From the human T2T-CHM13v2.0 reference genome, Homo sapiens: a stretch of DNA of 64,000 bases. The stretch lies in assembly GCF_009914755.1 (NCBI RefSeq), contig NC_060929.1; one strand, given 5' to 3'. The position numbers and the translations under genes were made by a program. The notes below the pieces were generated by a model, which saw nothing but the letters and a program-made list of their open reading frames with translations, ran no database searches and was not told where the DNA came from. Below, one piece after another: positions 1-13,109 of this stretch; positions within the stretch are counted from its first letter, which is position 1, and each line of letters opens with the position of its first letter.

Positions 1-499
1 CAACTGAAAGTTAAAATAATTATTGACCTTTGATCTTACAGTTGCTGTATTATTTAGTTGGCATCACTTAAAACCAAAGTTATCAAACATATAAGAGTTA
101 TCACCACATTCAAGAGCAAGCAAGATAATTTTCAAAGTTTAAACTGATTAACAATGTTGAAAACAATTCTTAAAAATGCTGATTGAAACATCAGTTTGTA
201 CATTTACAAGTCCATTCTTCAATATCTATTTGGTAATCCCAATCAGTATGATTAAGATTTTAAATACTAAAATACTATTACTAAAATTATAAAAAGTTTT
301 ATTGTAGCCATTTTAGACTTTCATATTCAGCAAATAGGATATCAGATTAGCTTTTTTTTTTTTTCAGGAGTGGGCAGGAGTAAAATTAAGATTTTAAAAT
401 AAATATATTTTTATGTATGATTTCATGATGTTTGCTGGGTGGGGGGAGCTCCACTATTTTAACAGCCTATCATATACTTATCAGTAGCATCACTAATTT

Positions 500-3360
500 T
501 AGCTGTTTCTCAGAAGCATCACAGTCATATAGGAAACTGCACATATTATAACTCCACAGCTTGAATTTTCACAAATGGAACACAACTCTGTAGCTAGCAC
601 CTAGATTCAGAAGCAAGATAGTTTCAGCACCTCAGAAGCCCCCTTCAAGCTACTTTGCAATCATTACACCACCCAGATTTCCAACAGCATGTTTGTGTTT
701 TAGTACTTTGCATAAATGGAATTGCAGTGTCTTTTGTTGCATGTTGTCTTAGTATCAATGTTTGTGAGATTCATCTACATTGTTGCATATAGACTATTTC
801 TTCCCATTGCTATACACTACATCTACTATTTCATTGTGACTCTACCACAATTTATCCATTTTGATGGATATTGTGTATTTCATTGTGACTCTACCAGGAT
901 TTATCTATTTTGATGTCACTCATTGTGAATGTACCACAATTTATCTATTCATTCTAATGTTGAAGGACATTTTAATATTTCCCCATTTGGGACTAAAGTG
1001 CTATTATCTATGGTGTAGTACATGTCATTTAATAACATGTATGGAATTTGGGGGGTAAATACTTACCAGTGAAATTGTCACAAGGAAACACGATCAGCCT
1101 TAGAAGAAAATGACTAAGTATTTCAGTTTAACATGTATAGCAATTAGGATACATAGCAATATATAGCAATTGCTTAGAATGTACAGCAATTTAAATCCTC
1201 ATTTACGTTGTGAAAGTTCTTCACATTCTTGCCAATGCTTGTTATTTTCCATCTTTTGTTTCTTATTTTACCAACAAGAATGAGGTTGAAGATATTTTCC
1301 ACCTTTTCAAACTTAGCCCTTTTGTTAGATGTATAGTAGTACCACACTGTACTTTAATTTTCCTGATAATTAATGAAGTCATGCATGTTTTCATGTTATT
1401 GACCACTCGGATATCCTCATTTGTGACATCCATTTTCTTTTTTTTTTTTTGGTGTCTTTTAAAAATATATAAATATAATTGATTGTAAGTATACTTTGTA
1501 GATTCTGGGTATGAGGTGTTTTGGAAAGTTTTTTAAAATCTCATTACAAGGTCTTATTTTACCCTCCTGATGGTATTTTTCTCTTGTGAACAGAGTTTTT
1601 TAATTTTAATATAGTCCATTTAACCAATTTTCTTTATTAGCAGGTTTTTTTTGGTCCAGTTTCCCCAGTTTTGCCTAGTCAAAAATCACATGTAGGTTAA
1701 ACCTGCAATCTGTCTGTAATTTTTTGTATGGTCTGAGAAAAGGGTCAACATACACTTTTATTCTGTATAGATATGCAACTGATTCATCATCATTAAATGA
1801 AAAGATCACTTCTTGTACTTATTTGCAGTATGACTTGTAACAAAGGATAAATGCTTGAGGTGATGGGTACCCCATTTACTCTGATGTGATTATGCATTGC
1901 ATGCCTGTATCAAAATATCTCATGTATACACCTACTATGTAGCCACAAAAATTTAAAGTTTAAAAAAAATTAAAGTAGGTGTTTGTGTGTGTATGGGTCA
2001 GTTCCTGGAATTTCTGGTCTGTTTTATTGGTCATATTTCTCTAAAACCACTTAGCAATAGCACATCGACTTTATTAGAAGAACTTTAGAATGTATCATTT
2101 TCTCTGGGTTCTTCTTTTTCAAAATTGCATCAACAAATCTTGGTTTTTTGTACTCCATATGAATTTTTAAATCAACTTACTAGTTTCCACAAAGATAGCT
2201 GCTGGGCTTTTTATTGAGACTGTACTGAAATTGTAGATTTGAGGGATTGACATCTGTGCAATAATACTTTATATATCTCTCCATTTATTTAGAAATTCTT
2301 CACTTACAAAAATGTTTTGTAATTTTTCAGTGAGGAGGTCTTGGCACATCTTTTATTAGATTTAGTCTTATGTATTTGGGGGCTTTTGATGTTACGGTCA
2401 ATGGCAACATTTAAAAATATTGTTTTCAGTCAGTTGCTGTTATGTGAAAACACAACTAATTTTTTAAATATTGACCTGTGTACAGCAACCTTGCAAATAC
2501 AGTTTAGTTTTTATATTTTTATGAGGAATTTTAAATACATATTTTAGGTACACATACACAATCATATTGAATAGTGAATAATGACAGTTTTGACCCTTCT
2601 AATCTTAATGTTTGTTTGTTTTGATCTTGCGTTACTTTACTGCCTAGGACCTCCAGTACAAGACTAAATGGAAATGGTCATAGTAGGAATCCTTGTCTCA
2701 TTTCTGAACACAAGAGAAAAGTCTTCAATAACATGCTTCATGATTAATGTTTGCTGTTGGTTTTTAGTAGATAATCTTCCTCCAATTAAGGGTGCTTCTC
2801 TCTCATCCTAATTTTCTGAAAAGCTTTATTGTGAATGGCTATTACATTTTGTCAAATGCTTTTCCTGAATCATAAGATTTAGTTTAGCTGTTTGCATTTT
2901 TTCCTCTCAATCTGATAAATTATGTTAACTGGCTTTTAGATGTAAAATGAACCTGGATTAAATCTCACTTGGTATGATGCATACATCACTAAATTGGATT
3001 AGCTAATATTTTTACTAAGGGTATTTACATCTATAATTATGAGAGAGATTGGTTTTTAATTTGTTCCTTTCTTGTAATATGCCTGTCAGATTCTGCAGTC
3101 AATATTACCTTGCCTTATAAAAAGAGTAAGGAACCATTCACTCTGGAAGAGTTTGTGCAAAATTGTTATTATTTCTTCCTCAACTATTGGGCAAAATTTG
3201 CAGATAAAGCCATCTGGGCTATGAATTTTCTTTGTACAGAAATTTTTAAATAATGGATTTCCTTTACTTAAGATTTTTCTATTTCTTCTTTTGCTGCTTT
3301 GGTAATTGCCTTTTCCAATAAATGTTTCGCTTCATTTGTCAAATTTATTGATGTAAGGCT
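500..3360 (-). mobile_element. Old L1M-type LINE fragments (ORF2/3' region), mostly antisense
   Basis: Degenerate T-rich L1 antisense motifs (e.g. gtgagattcatctacattgttgcat, ctaggacctccagtacaa...aatccttgtct, aagccatctgggct); boundaries approximate. Confidence 0.65.
1837..1972 (+). mobile_element. L1MA-type 3' end fragment
   Basis: aaaggataaatgcttgaggtgatgg...cattgcatgcctgtatcaaaatatctcatgta...aaaatttaaa plus A-rich tail. Confidence 0.75.
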
Positions 3361-3368
3361 GTTCATAA

Positions 3369-3607
3369 TACAGATTATCTCTTATCCAAAATGCTTGCAA
3401 CCAGAAGTGTTTCAGATTTGGGGTTTTTTTCTGGTTTTGGAATATTTTTGCATTATACTTACCAGTTAAGCATTCCAAATCCAAAAGTCTGAAATCCAAA
3501 ATGCTCCAATTAGTACTTCCTTTGAGCATCATGTGGGCACTCAAAAAGTTTTGGATTTTGGAGCATTTCAGATCTCATATTATCAAACTTAGGATGCTCA
3601 ACCTATA
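3369..3607. mobile_element. Tigger4/MER46-like DNA transposon (MITE)
   Basis: cttatccaaaatgcttg...ggatgctcaacctata termini; internal aaaaagttttggattttggagcatttcaga. Confidence 0.75.
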
Positions 3608-4669
3608 TACTCTTCATTTTTCAAAATTTCATTATAATATTTCAAGTAATATTCTTGGAAGGTTGAATTTTACAATGAACACACATGTATGCTTCACTTG
3701 GATGCTACATATTTTATGTTTTAAAATGTATCTATCAACTCATCACTCATAGTTCTAGCAATTTATCTTATTTCGGTGGGAATTTTTAAGTAAATTACAG
3801 ATATAGTTCCCCCTAAATATTCTTTGCATATTATTCGAGTTCAATATGTTTAGTTTTTTTCCTCATAGTTTTTTCCTTTTTGGGTAAAATTTACATTAGA
3901 TGAAATGCACAAATTTTAAGTGGACATCCATTGAATTTTGACAGAGGCATATACCCATTTAACCCAAATCCTACAAGATATAAAACATTCTCATTCCAGA
4001 AAGTTTCCTTATGCCTCTTCCCAGTCAATCCCTACCTCTACCCTTCCTGAAAGTCAACCATTCTTCTGATATTTTCCACCGTACATTAGTTTATTCTAGA
4101 AATTTATATAAATTGAATTTACAGTATGCACTCTGTTTTAAAAGACTTATTTCAGCATATTAAAGATTCATCCAGGTTTTGCATAAATCATCAGTTTGTA
4201 CTTTTTTCACTGCTATTATTCCATTGTATATTTATACCAGTGTGTGTACATATTCTACTACTGATAGACACCTGGGCTTTTTTTAGTCTGGGACTACTTT
4301 GAATAAAGCTGCTATGAACATTCTTGACCTTTTTGTAGATGTGTTTTTCTCTTGAGTAAACACATAAATGTAAAATTGCTGGGTCACAGGATAGGTATAA
4401 ATTTAGTTTTATAAGAAACTATTACAACTTTTTTGCAAAGTAGCCATGTCATTTTCATAGTTGTACCACAAAGTATCAGAGTTCCAGTTGCATCATATCC
4501 TTGTCTACATTTAGTATAGTGGTATTTCATTTTGATTTTAATTAGCATATCCCTGATGACTAATAATGTTGAGTTACACATCTTTTAAAATTGCATGTGA
4601 ATGGAAGCCTGTCTCTGAAAGGAATATTACTGGGGGAATAAAAATTCTCTAAGAAGAAATTAAAATCAG

Positions 4670-6913
4670 AAGCTGGGGACTTCCTCTTCCAATTAAGGTG
4701 AAATTAATAGGGAGCAGATTCATTCCTCTATTTTACAAAACTAAATAACTAAAGAAATTCTACTTGAAACCTTGATTGTTCCAGCTTACTGACTTGATTG
4801 TCCAGTCACAGCACAGGGGAAAAACTAAACAAAGCCCAGTGGTCTTCCTGAGTTGAGAATCTGGTAAGGCTAAGGGAACTACAATTGACAGAAAAGAGTA
4901 CCAGAAAGGAAGGCTGCGGTGTGAGGAAGCTCTATCTATAGAGGTTGAAGGTTCCCTCACATCTTCAGCCAAGTTCTGACCAATGCATGCATTTGAGGAA
5001 ATTTCTAAGTGTTGGGGAAAGAATCACCAAAAAGGACAGGCAGAATAATCCTCTGGATTCATACATGGATAGGAATAGTGTAATTCCTGTTCCCATTAGC
5101 CAAAGTAGGAAAACCTTTTAATACGTGGGGCATTGGTAGAGTATTCAAAAGGGTATTGCCTCAGTATGGGTAAAAATTAGCATGAAATTAAAGTCTGATC
5201 TCACCTTAAATACAAGCCTCAAAAGAATCAAAACTGCCTCCTTGGTTTCCTACTGACTTAGTTGGATCCCAGCACAAAGCTCAAGAATACAATTATGCAC
5301 TGGTTAACGATGGAGATAGGTTTTGAGAAATGTGTCATTAGGCAATTTAATCATTGTGCAAACATCATAGGGTGGATTTACACAAACCAAGATGGTGCAG
5401 CCTACTACACATCTATGTTATATGGTATAGCCTATTGTTCCTAGGCTACAAACCTGTGCAGTTTCTTACTGTCCTGAATACTGCAGGCAATTGTAACACA
5501 ATTTTAAGTATTTGTGTATCTCACCATAGCTAAACAGAAAAAGTATAGTAAAAATACAGTATAAAAGATTAAAAATAGTATACCTGTCTAGGGTACTTAC
5601 CATAAATGGAACTTGTAGGACTGGAAGTTTCTTTGGATAAATCAGTGAGTGATGAGGGAAAGTGAAGGCCTAGGACATTACTGCACACTACTGTGGACTT
5701 ACAGACACTGTATACATAGGCTACACTAAATTTACAAAGATATTGTCTTTCTTCAATAATTAATTAAACTTAGCTTACTGTCACTTTTTACTTTATAAAC
5801 TTTTTATTTTTCAATTTTGGGTTCTTGTAATAGCTTAGCTTAAAACACAAATACACAGAGCTGTACAAAAATATTTACTTCCTTTATATGCTTATTCTAT
5901 ATGCTTTTTACTATTTTCAAAGCTTTTTATTTTTATTTTTTAAACTTTTTGTTAGAAAACAAGACACACCTGCATTAGCCTAGGCCTGCACAGCATCAGA
6001 ATCCTCAATATCCCTGTCTTACCCTCTACATCTTATACCACTGGAAGGTCTTCAGGGGCAGTAACAAGCATGGCACTGTCATCTCCCATGATAACAATGT
6101 CTTCTTCTGGAATACCTTCTAAATGACCTGCTTTTTTCTTCTAATAAGTAGGACTATACTCTAAAGTAATAATAAAAAGTGTAACAAATACATGAACCAG
6201 TAACATAGTAGCTTATTATTGTTATTAAGTATAATGTGCTGTGTATAATTGTGTGCTAGGCTTTTATATGACTGCCAGTGCAGCAGGTTTGTTTACGCCA
6301 GCATCACCACAAACATGAGCAATGCAGTGCACTACAATGTTATGATGGCTACGACATCACTAGGTGATAGGAATTTTTCAACTCCATTATAATCCTATGG
6401 GACCACCGTTATATACCCAGTTCATTGTTGACCAAAAAGTTATTATGTAGTACATTACTCTATTTAAGGAAAAAAATACCTTGTACTCAACAGGCAAAAC
6501 TCATAATGTCTGGAATCCAGTCAACGATTTTCAGTGATGCAAAGAAGCAGGAAAACATGACCCACAATGAAAAGAAAAATCATTCAATAGACACAAGATA
6601 AAATTAGTAGACAAGAACATTGAATCTGCTATTATAACTATATTTTATATGTTCAAGAAAGTAGAGGAAAGCATAAACGTATTTTTAAAGACTCAATTTG
6701 AACTTAGTTCTAAAGGTTTTTTAAAATGTCTGAGATTGAAAATTTCACTGAATTAGTTAAATACCAGACAGGATGCTGCCAAAAATAAAAAGACAAATTG
6801 AAAACACAGCATAGCAATAAAAACTATCCAAAATGAAACACAGAAAGAAAAAAGAAACCTGGAAAAAAATGAACAGAGCAACAATGAGTTGTGGGACAAA
6901 TTCAGTCAAACAG
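4670..6913 (+). mobile_element. Old L1M 5'UTR/ORF1 fragment, interrupted by Tigger3
   Basis: ggggacttcc start; ORF1-like A-rich tract (aagaagcaggaaaacatgacccacaatga; aatgaacagagc...gtgggacaa). Confidence 0.6.
5289..6462. mobile_element. Tigger3 (Golem/Tigger3b)-like DNA transposon
   Basis: taacgatggagataggttttgagaaatgtgtcattaggcaattt...atgggaccaccgttatatac...gttattatgtagtacattact. Confidence 0.8.
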
Positions 6914-7697
6914 ACCAAAAAATGTTTGTATTGCTTTACAAGTTAGCAACAAATACAGCTGAATAATCATAAACATGGCATTTCTAATTCTCAAATTGGA
7001 GGGACAAGACCAGGAAAATGCTCTTCCACTTAAAACACATTTGTTAAAACTGAAATCCACAACTTCTGTCAAGACCTTCAATATTCTCAAGCAAAATCGA
7101 CACCTATAAAGAGTCAAAGAAAACTATTAATAGTATCAAGTTTACTCCACATGTCTGAGTATGTAACTGAAAGGTCTTACATGTATTTATACAGGCAGTG
7201 CTTTTACTAAACATTTTATGTAGCCATCCTAGGCACTTTTAAGAATATAACACCCTTTAAACACATTCTTTTGCAGAAACAGATGTCAAGAAAATTGTAA
7301 AGTCCAACGATGCATTGCAATCAAATTTCTCCTCTTTCCTCAGGAGGAAAAACTAGTCAGCCTTTAACGTGGCCTGAAATAAAAAGCCAATGATCAAAGA
7401 ACCTGAATGAACCCAAGTAATAAGAAACATAAAACAATACCAAGGATCATCATAATCGAATTGCTAGAGGTTGAACACTTTTTCATGTGCTTAATGGTCA
7501 ACTGTGAAGTGCCTATTCAAATGTCTCACCCATTTCCTAATCTATTTTTTTTAATTCTTTATATATCCTGATTCCAGTCTTTTGTCTCGTTTTGCAAGTA
7601 TTTTATTTCAAGTTTTAACATGTCTATTTCCTTTTTTTGATGAGCATAAGTTTTTAATTTCTATGAAATCTTTTATTATTAAAAACCATTTTATGGG

Positions 7698-7952
7698 GGC
7701 CAAGTGCGGTGGCTCACACCTGTAATCCCAGGAATTTGGGAGGCCAAGGCAGGTGGATTAGCTGAGGTCAGAAGTTCGAGACCAGCCTGGCCAAAATGGT
7801 GAAACGTCTCTACTAAAAAAAAAAATTAGCCACACGCCTGTACTCAGGAGGCTAAGGCAGGAGAATTGCTTGAACCCAGGAGGCAGAGGTTGCAGTGAGC
7901 TGAGATTGTGCCACTGCACTCCAGCCTGGGCAACAAAGTGAGACTCTGTCTC

Positions 7953-7985
<33 letters not shown>
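7698..7985 (+). mobile_element. AluS with small internal deletions and (AAC)n tail
   Basis: Alu consensus; TSD about aaacca(a)ttttatgg. Confidence 0.93.
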
Positions 7986-9168
7986 ACCAATTTTATGGTT
8001 AATACTTTGTGTCCTAAGAAATCTCTATCCACCACTAATTGCCAAACTATGTTGTAGCTTTTACATTTGGCTCTTGAATTGATTCTTGTGTAAAGTATGA
8101 GGTGGGGATTGAGGTTCATTTTTTTAAAATGTGGACATCCAATTATTCTAGCACCAGTTGTTGCAATGACTCTCCTTTCCCCATTGTATTGCTTTGACAC
8201 CTTTGTCAAAAATTAAATGAGTGTGTAAGTATGAGACTATTTCTCAGCTCTCTCTTTCATTGATCCATTTGTTTGTCTTTATGGCAGAATCACAACATCA
8301 CTTTATAGTAAATCTTCAAATCCTCTAACTTTTTCCATTGCAAAATACTTTGGACAATCTAAGTACTTTACATTTCCATATAAATTTAAGATCAGATAGA
8401 AAACTTTTGTTTGAATTTGGTGAAACTATTATTTGGATTGTGTTGAATTTATATAACATTTGTGTTAATTTATATAACATTTATACAACATTGAGTCTTC
8501 CAATACATTCATGTGAAACATATCATTTACTTATGTCTACTTTAATTTCTCTTAACATTTTGTAGAGTTCAGTGTACAGGTCTTATACATGTTGGTAAAA
8601 AGCTACTTCTAACTTGCTTTTTGACACTATTGTAACAAGAATTACTAATTTTTCAAGTGTTCATTGCTTGTATTCTTACTTTTTAAATGTCTGTAGTCAT
8701 CTCATATTTTGATTACTGTTTTTTAATTAGCATTGATATGGGTTACTGTTTTTATTTCTCCTTGAACCAATTTTGATAAGAATATAATCAACTTCATTAA
8801 TCTTTTGGAACAATCGTTTTTAGCTTTATTAATTTTCTCTATTATACATTTGTGTAGTATTTCATTGGTTTTTGCTGAATTATTCCTTTAATTCTACTTT
8901 CCTTAGGTTTGATGATCTCTTATAGCTTCTTGAATGGGAAACTTTAAATTTTGTTCTACAATGGGTTAAATAGCATCAAAATTTGATGTCATGTTCTTTA
9001 CCTTTCAAAATACTTCATAGTTTCTTTTTATTTGCTCTTTAAACAATGAACTATATAGAAATAGAATGCTTAAACTTAAGGCAGTTGAAATTTTGTTCTC
9101 TTTCTTATCATTTCTAGCTTAATTCCATGGTGGTCAGAAAACATTACAAATGATTTCAGTATTTTTAC

Positions 9169-9470
9169 TTTTTTTTTGGAGACATGGTTTCACTCTTGTT
9201 GCCCAGGCTGGAGTAGAGTGGCATGATCTCAGCTCACTGCAACCTCCGCCTCCCAGGTTCAAGCGATTCTCCTGCCTCAGCCTCCTGAGTATCTGGGATT
9301 ACAGGTGTGTACCACCATGTCCAGCTAATTTTTGTATTTTTTTTTTTTTTAGTAGGGACAGGGTTTCACCATGTTGGCCAGGCTGATTTCAAACTCCTGA
9401 CCTCAGATGATCCACCCGTCTCAGCCTCCCAAAGTGCTGCGATTACAAGAATGAGCCAATGTGCCTGGTC
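9169..9470 (-). mobile_element. AluS (Sq/Sp-like) flanked by a ~70-bp direct repeat
   Basis: Antisense Alu consensus. Confidence 0.95.
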
Positions 9471-9584
9471 GTCTTTTTGATCATTTCTAGCTTAATTCCA
9501 TGGTGATCAGAAAAACATTACAAATAATTTCAGTATTTTTACATTTCTTAATCTATTTTTTATTTGAATGGCCCAGAATGTGGT

Positions 9585-9674
9585 TGTGATGGTTAATATT
9601 GAGTGTCAACTTGATTGGACTGAGGATACAAAAAGTATAAAGGATAAAATAAAGCAGGCAGAAGAAAGTGGAAT
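9585..9674 (+). mobile_element. MLT2A-like (ERVL) LTR 5' fragment
   Basis: TGTGATGGTTAATATTGAGTGTCAACTTGATTGG is the MLT2A start; interrupted by the class-I LTR. Confidence 0.75.
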
Positions 9675-10029
9675 TGTAGCAGGACGAGCCGCAGAGAAAA
9701 CTCCTCAGACACTGGATTAAAGAAGGAAGAGGTTTTTTATCCAGCTGGGAGCGTCAGCAGACTCGCATCTTAAGAGCTGAGCTCCCCGAAGACAGAGCTC
9801 CTGACCCTTTTAATGGCTTACAGCTCTAAGGGGTTCCATGTGAAAGGGTCTGATGGATTGAGAGCACATGTGGTTAGAGTTGGGGGGGGTGGTTAATCTT
9901 TTAACCTCAGGCCGGGTCATCAGTGGCACCGGCTGGTCTTGCCACTGACTTCCTTCTTCTTGTTTTTCAACTTTTACTTCCTCCTCGTCTTCAGACAGGA
10001 GACAGTAAGAGAAATGGCTTCTCTCCTCA
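9675..10029 (-). mobile_element. 3' LTR of class-I ERV (HERV-E/HERV15-related, LTR2/LTR15-like)
   Basis: Minus strand runs TGAGGAGAG...CTGCGGCTCGTCCTGCTACA (TG...CA ends), directly preceded by the polypurine tract AAAGGGGGGAA (10030-10040). Confidence 0.88.
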
Positions 10030-10040
10030 TTCCCCCCTTT

Positions 10041-10374
10041 GAGAACCTCACTCACTAGCGGGAGTTCTCACTCTCATCTACACTACCCAGGTCTTCCTGC
10101 CAGTCCAGTTCCATTGACTCCTAGAGTTACATACTCTCCTGTTTTCCAACAGGGATTAAGTAGTTCTAATGGGTTATAGCACACATCAGTCTGGTCACTT
10201 CCCGGGCTGCATACCTTGTACTGGGTGGCATTATACACACAAGTCCTTTTTAAACAAAAAGACTATTTTAACTTTTTTTTTTTAACCCTACCTCAGTCTG
10301 AGGAAGGTCAGTTGAAGTCCTTACTGTACAAGTCCAAAATTTAAAAAAATGAGTTCCACAGTGAACTTCCTCAT
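10041..10374 (-). pseudogene. Heavily deleted ERV env remnant
   Basis: ATG at 10374 (MRKFTVELIF, then a frameshift); fragment KRTCVYNATQYKVCSPGSDQTDVCYNPLE resembles the HERV-E-type SU N-terminus; only about 330 bp remain before the PPT. Confidence 0.7.
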
Positions 10375-10399
10375 GCTTCGGCCATGCGTGGACCAGTCA

Positions 10400-11784
10400 G
10401 CTTCCGGGTGTGACTGGAGCAGGGCTTGTCTTCTTCAGGGTCACTCTGCAAGGGTTGTCCAGGCTTGGTCTTGCCTTCTAGGTTTCAGGTGCTGCAGGTT
10501 TTACATGGCTGTGGTGGATCCAGGCTGGGATTCCCTCTACCTTCACAGCGGTGGGAGTGGTCAGGACGACAATCTGGGGTCCTTTCCACTGTGGGCACAA
10601 AGAGGCTACGTTCCAGTCCTTGATCCACACTCAATCACCTGGGGAGAAAGGGTGAACTGGGGAGAATAAGCTAACAGGGCATCTCTCATTTACCCAGGCT
10701 GAGATTGTGTAATTTTTCCTAAAGCCTGTAGCTGTCGCTGTAACTCAATTTCACCTAACTCTTGGGGAGTGCCTGGAAGTCCCCACAATATGGGAGGGGG
10801 CCTATGATATAGTATTTTATAAGGGGAATATCCTGCTCTTTTAGAAGGGGTACATCTAATTTTAAATAATACCATAGGGAGAGCCTGTATCCATTTTAAT
10901 CCTTTTTCCTGACATACTTTCCCTAAACTATTTTTGATAGTCTGATTCATCCGCTCCACCTTTCCGGAACTCTGAGGCCAGTAGGCAGCATGCAGTTTCC
11001 ATGTGATCCCCAGTACCTTTGCCGTCTTCTGTACCAAGTCAGCCACAAACGCCAGCCCATTATCTGAGCCGATCCGTAAGGGCAGTCCAAATCTAGGAAT
11101 AAGATCTCAAAGAAGCACATGGGTTATTTCACAAGCTTTCTCAGTTCGTGTTGGATAAGCCTCCACCCACCCAGAGAAGGTACACACAAGAACTAGTAAA
11201 TACTTGTTACCTCCACACTTTGGCATCTCTGTGAAGTCTAGCTGGAGATCTTCAAAGGGGGCTGCTCCATAAGCTTGCATGCCGGGTGGAACGGCTGGAC
11301 CTTGCCTTGCATTATGCTGTCGGCAGGTAACACACCGCTGTGTCAGTTTTGGCAAAGGCTGACAAATGCGAGATGTAGAAATACTGGCCTAACAACTTTC
11401 CAAGTGACTCCTGACCTAGATGGGTGGTTTCATGCACAGCCAGTACAATTGCAGCTCCTAGCAGCTGTGGCACAGCTACTCTCCCATCTAGTAACCGAAT
11501 GCATCCTTCCTCCATCACTTGTCCTCCCTCTACCTGGAGAAAGTCCTTTTCTTCTTTAGAATAAGTAGGTACAAGATCAGGTGCTTGAGGGAGCAGAGGG
11601 GCTGTGACTGATGCCCGCAAAGGGGCAGATGCTGCTTTTGGAGACTCTGAGTCAGTGCGGGAATTCCCCAAACCCACCAAGGTGGAAGCTCGCTGGTGTC
11701 CTTTGCAATGCATAACTGCCACCTTGTGGAGTTTCCATACTGCTTCTAACTGCAAGATTTCTTGTTGATATTCTATGTCTTTTC
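10400..11784 (-). pseudogene. ERV pol remnant: RNase H C-terminus plus integrase
   Basis: VAVMHCKGHQ (RNase H); HETTH...CVTC (HHCC); LQLDFTEM, GSDNG and QSSGKVERMN (D,D,E). In-frame TGA at 11107-11109 and frameshifts (ORFs 11312..11866, 11107..11355, 10690..11046). Confidence 0.93.
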
Positions 11785-12730
11785 TGTTTATGTTTAATCT
11801 AATTTCTGATATAGTTGCATTCATTTCCACTACTTTTGATTTCAGTCCCATCTGGTTTGTTTTCATCTTTTAAATTAATATTATTCCATTTCCTTCTTTT
11901 ATTTACTTGTTATAGATTCTTTTATGGATTATCTTAGAGATTACAGTGTACATTATTCTTTTATTACAATACAAATTACATTCACACTTTCATGATACTG
12001 CTAAAAACATATTGTTTTAACCTCCTTTATCCTTTCCTTTTCCATTGTTATTGTGAACTTTAAATATGCTGAATTTTAAAATAACACAGGCATTCAATAA
12101 TTGTTTTTTGTCCATTTGCTTAAATATTTATAATGTCTTCCTTGTCCATTTCCATGTCTTCATCTATGATTATTGCCCTTCATCCTGACCACAAATCTCC
12201 TTAGTTTTTCTTTTTAAAGTCTTTCTATTAAAAGCCATGGAATCCTACATTAGTAGCTATTTTCTTTTAACATATTAAAGATGTAATTCCAAACGGAAAA
12301 TGATGTCAGCAAGATAGCAGAAGAGGAAGTCCTAGACCCTCCTTCCCCCAACAGGGACACCAGCTCAACAACAATACACATCCAGATATCCTATATTAGA
12401 CTCTTCATCTTAATTTATTGTCTGCATTCTCTCCACTAGATGCTAAGCTCTTGGAGGGAAGAGATTTTGCTGTTTTGTTCATTGCTGTAGCTAGGGTGTG
12501 TGGAACAGCCTATGGCACATTACAGGCACTCAACATGTATTTACTGAAAAATAACTAAATGGGTACAAACCAAATTATTCCAGAGAAAACACTCTTTGTG
12601 AAGTCATTTTCAAATAACAATAAATGAATGCCCTCCAACATGATCTGTAACCATTCCTAAAATCAAACATAGCTGTATGTTTTTCTCATAACACAGAGAA
12701 ATCAGTTATCAGATTTAGAAATACATAGCC

Positions 12731-13109
<379 letters not shown>

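Noticed and set aside
7758-9386. ORFs with [16 protein letters not shown] peptides (also at 12871-13091, 29307-29731, 32431-32843, 42357-43427, 50831-51112, 55580-55972)
   Set aside because: These are translations of Alu sequence, not genes
11312-11866. Longest ORF (184 aa) as a novel or domesticated protein gene
   Set aside because: It is a chance fusion of L1-like flank to a decayed pol fragment, and integrase is broken by a stop and frameshifts
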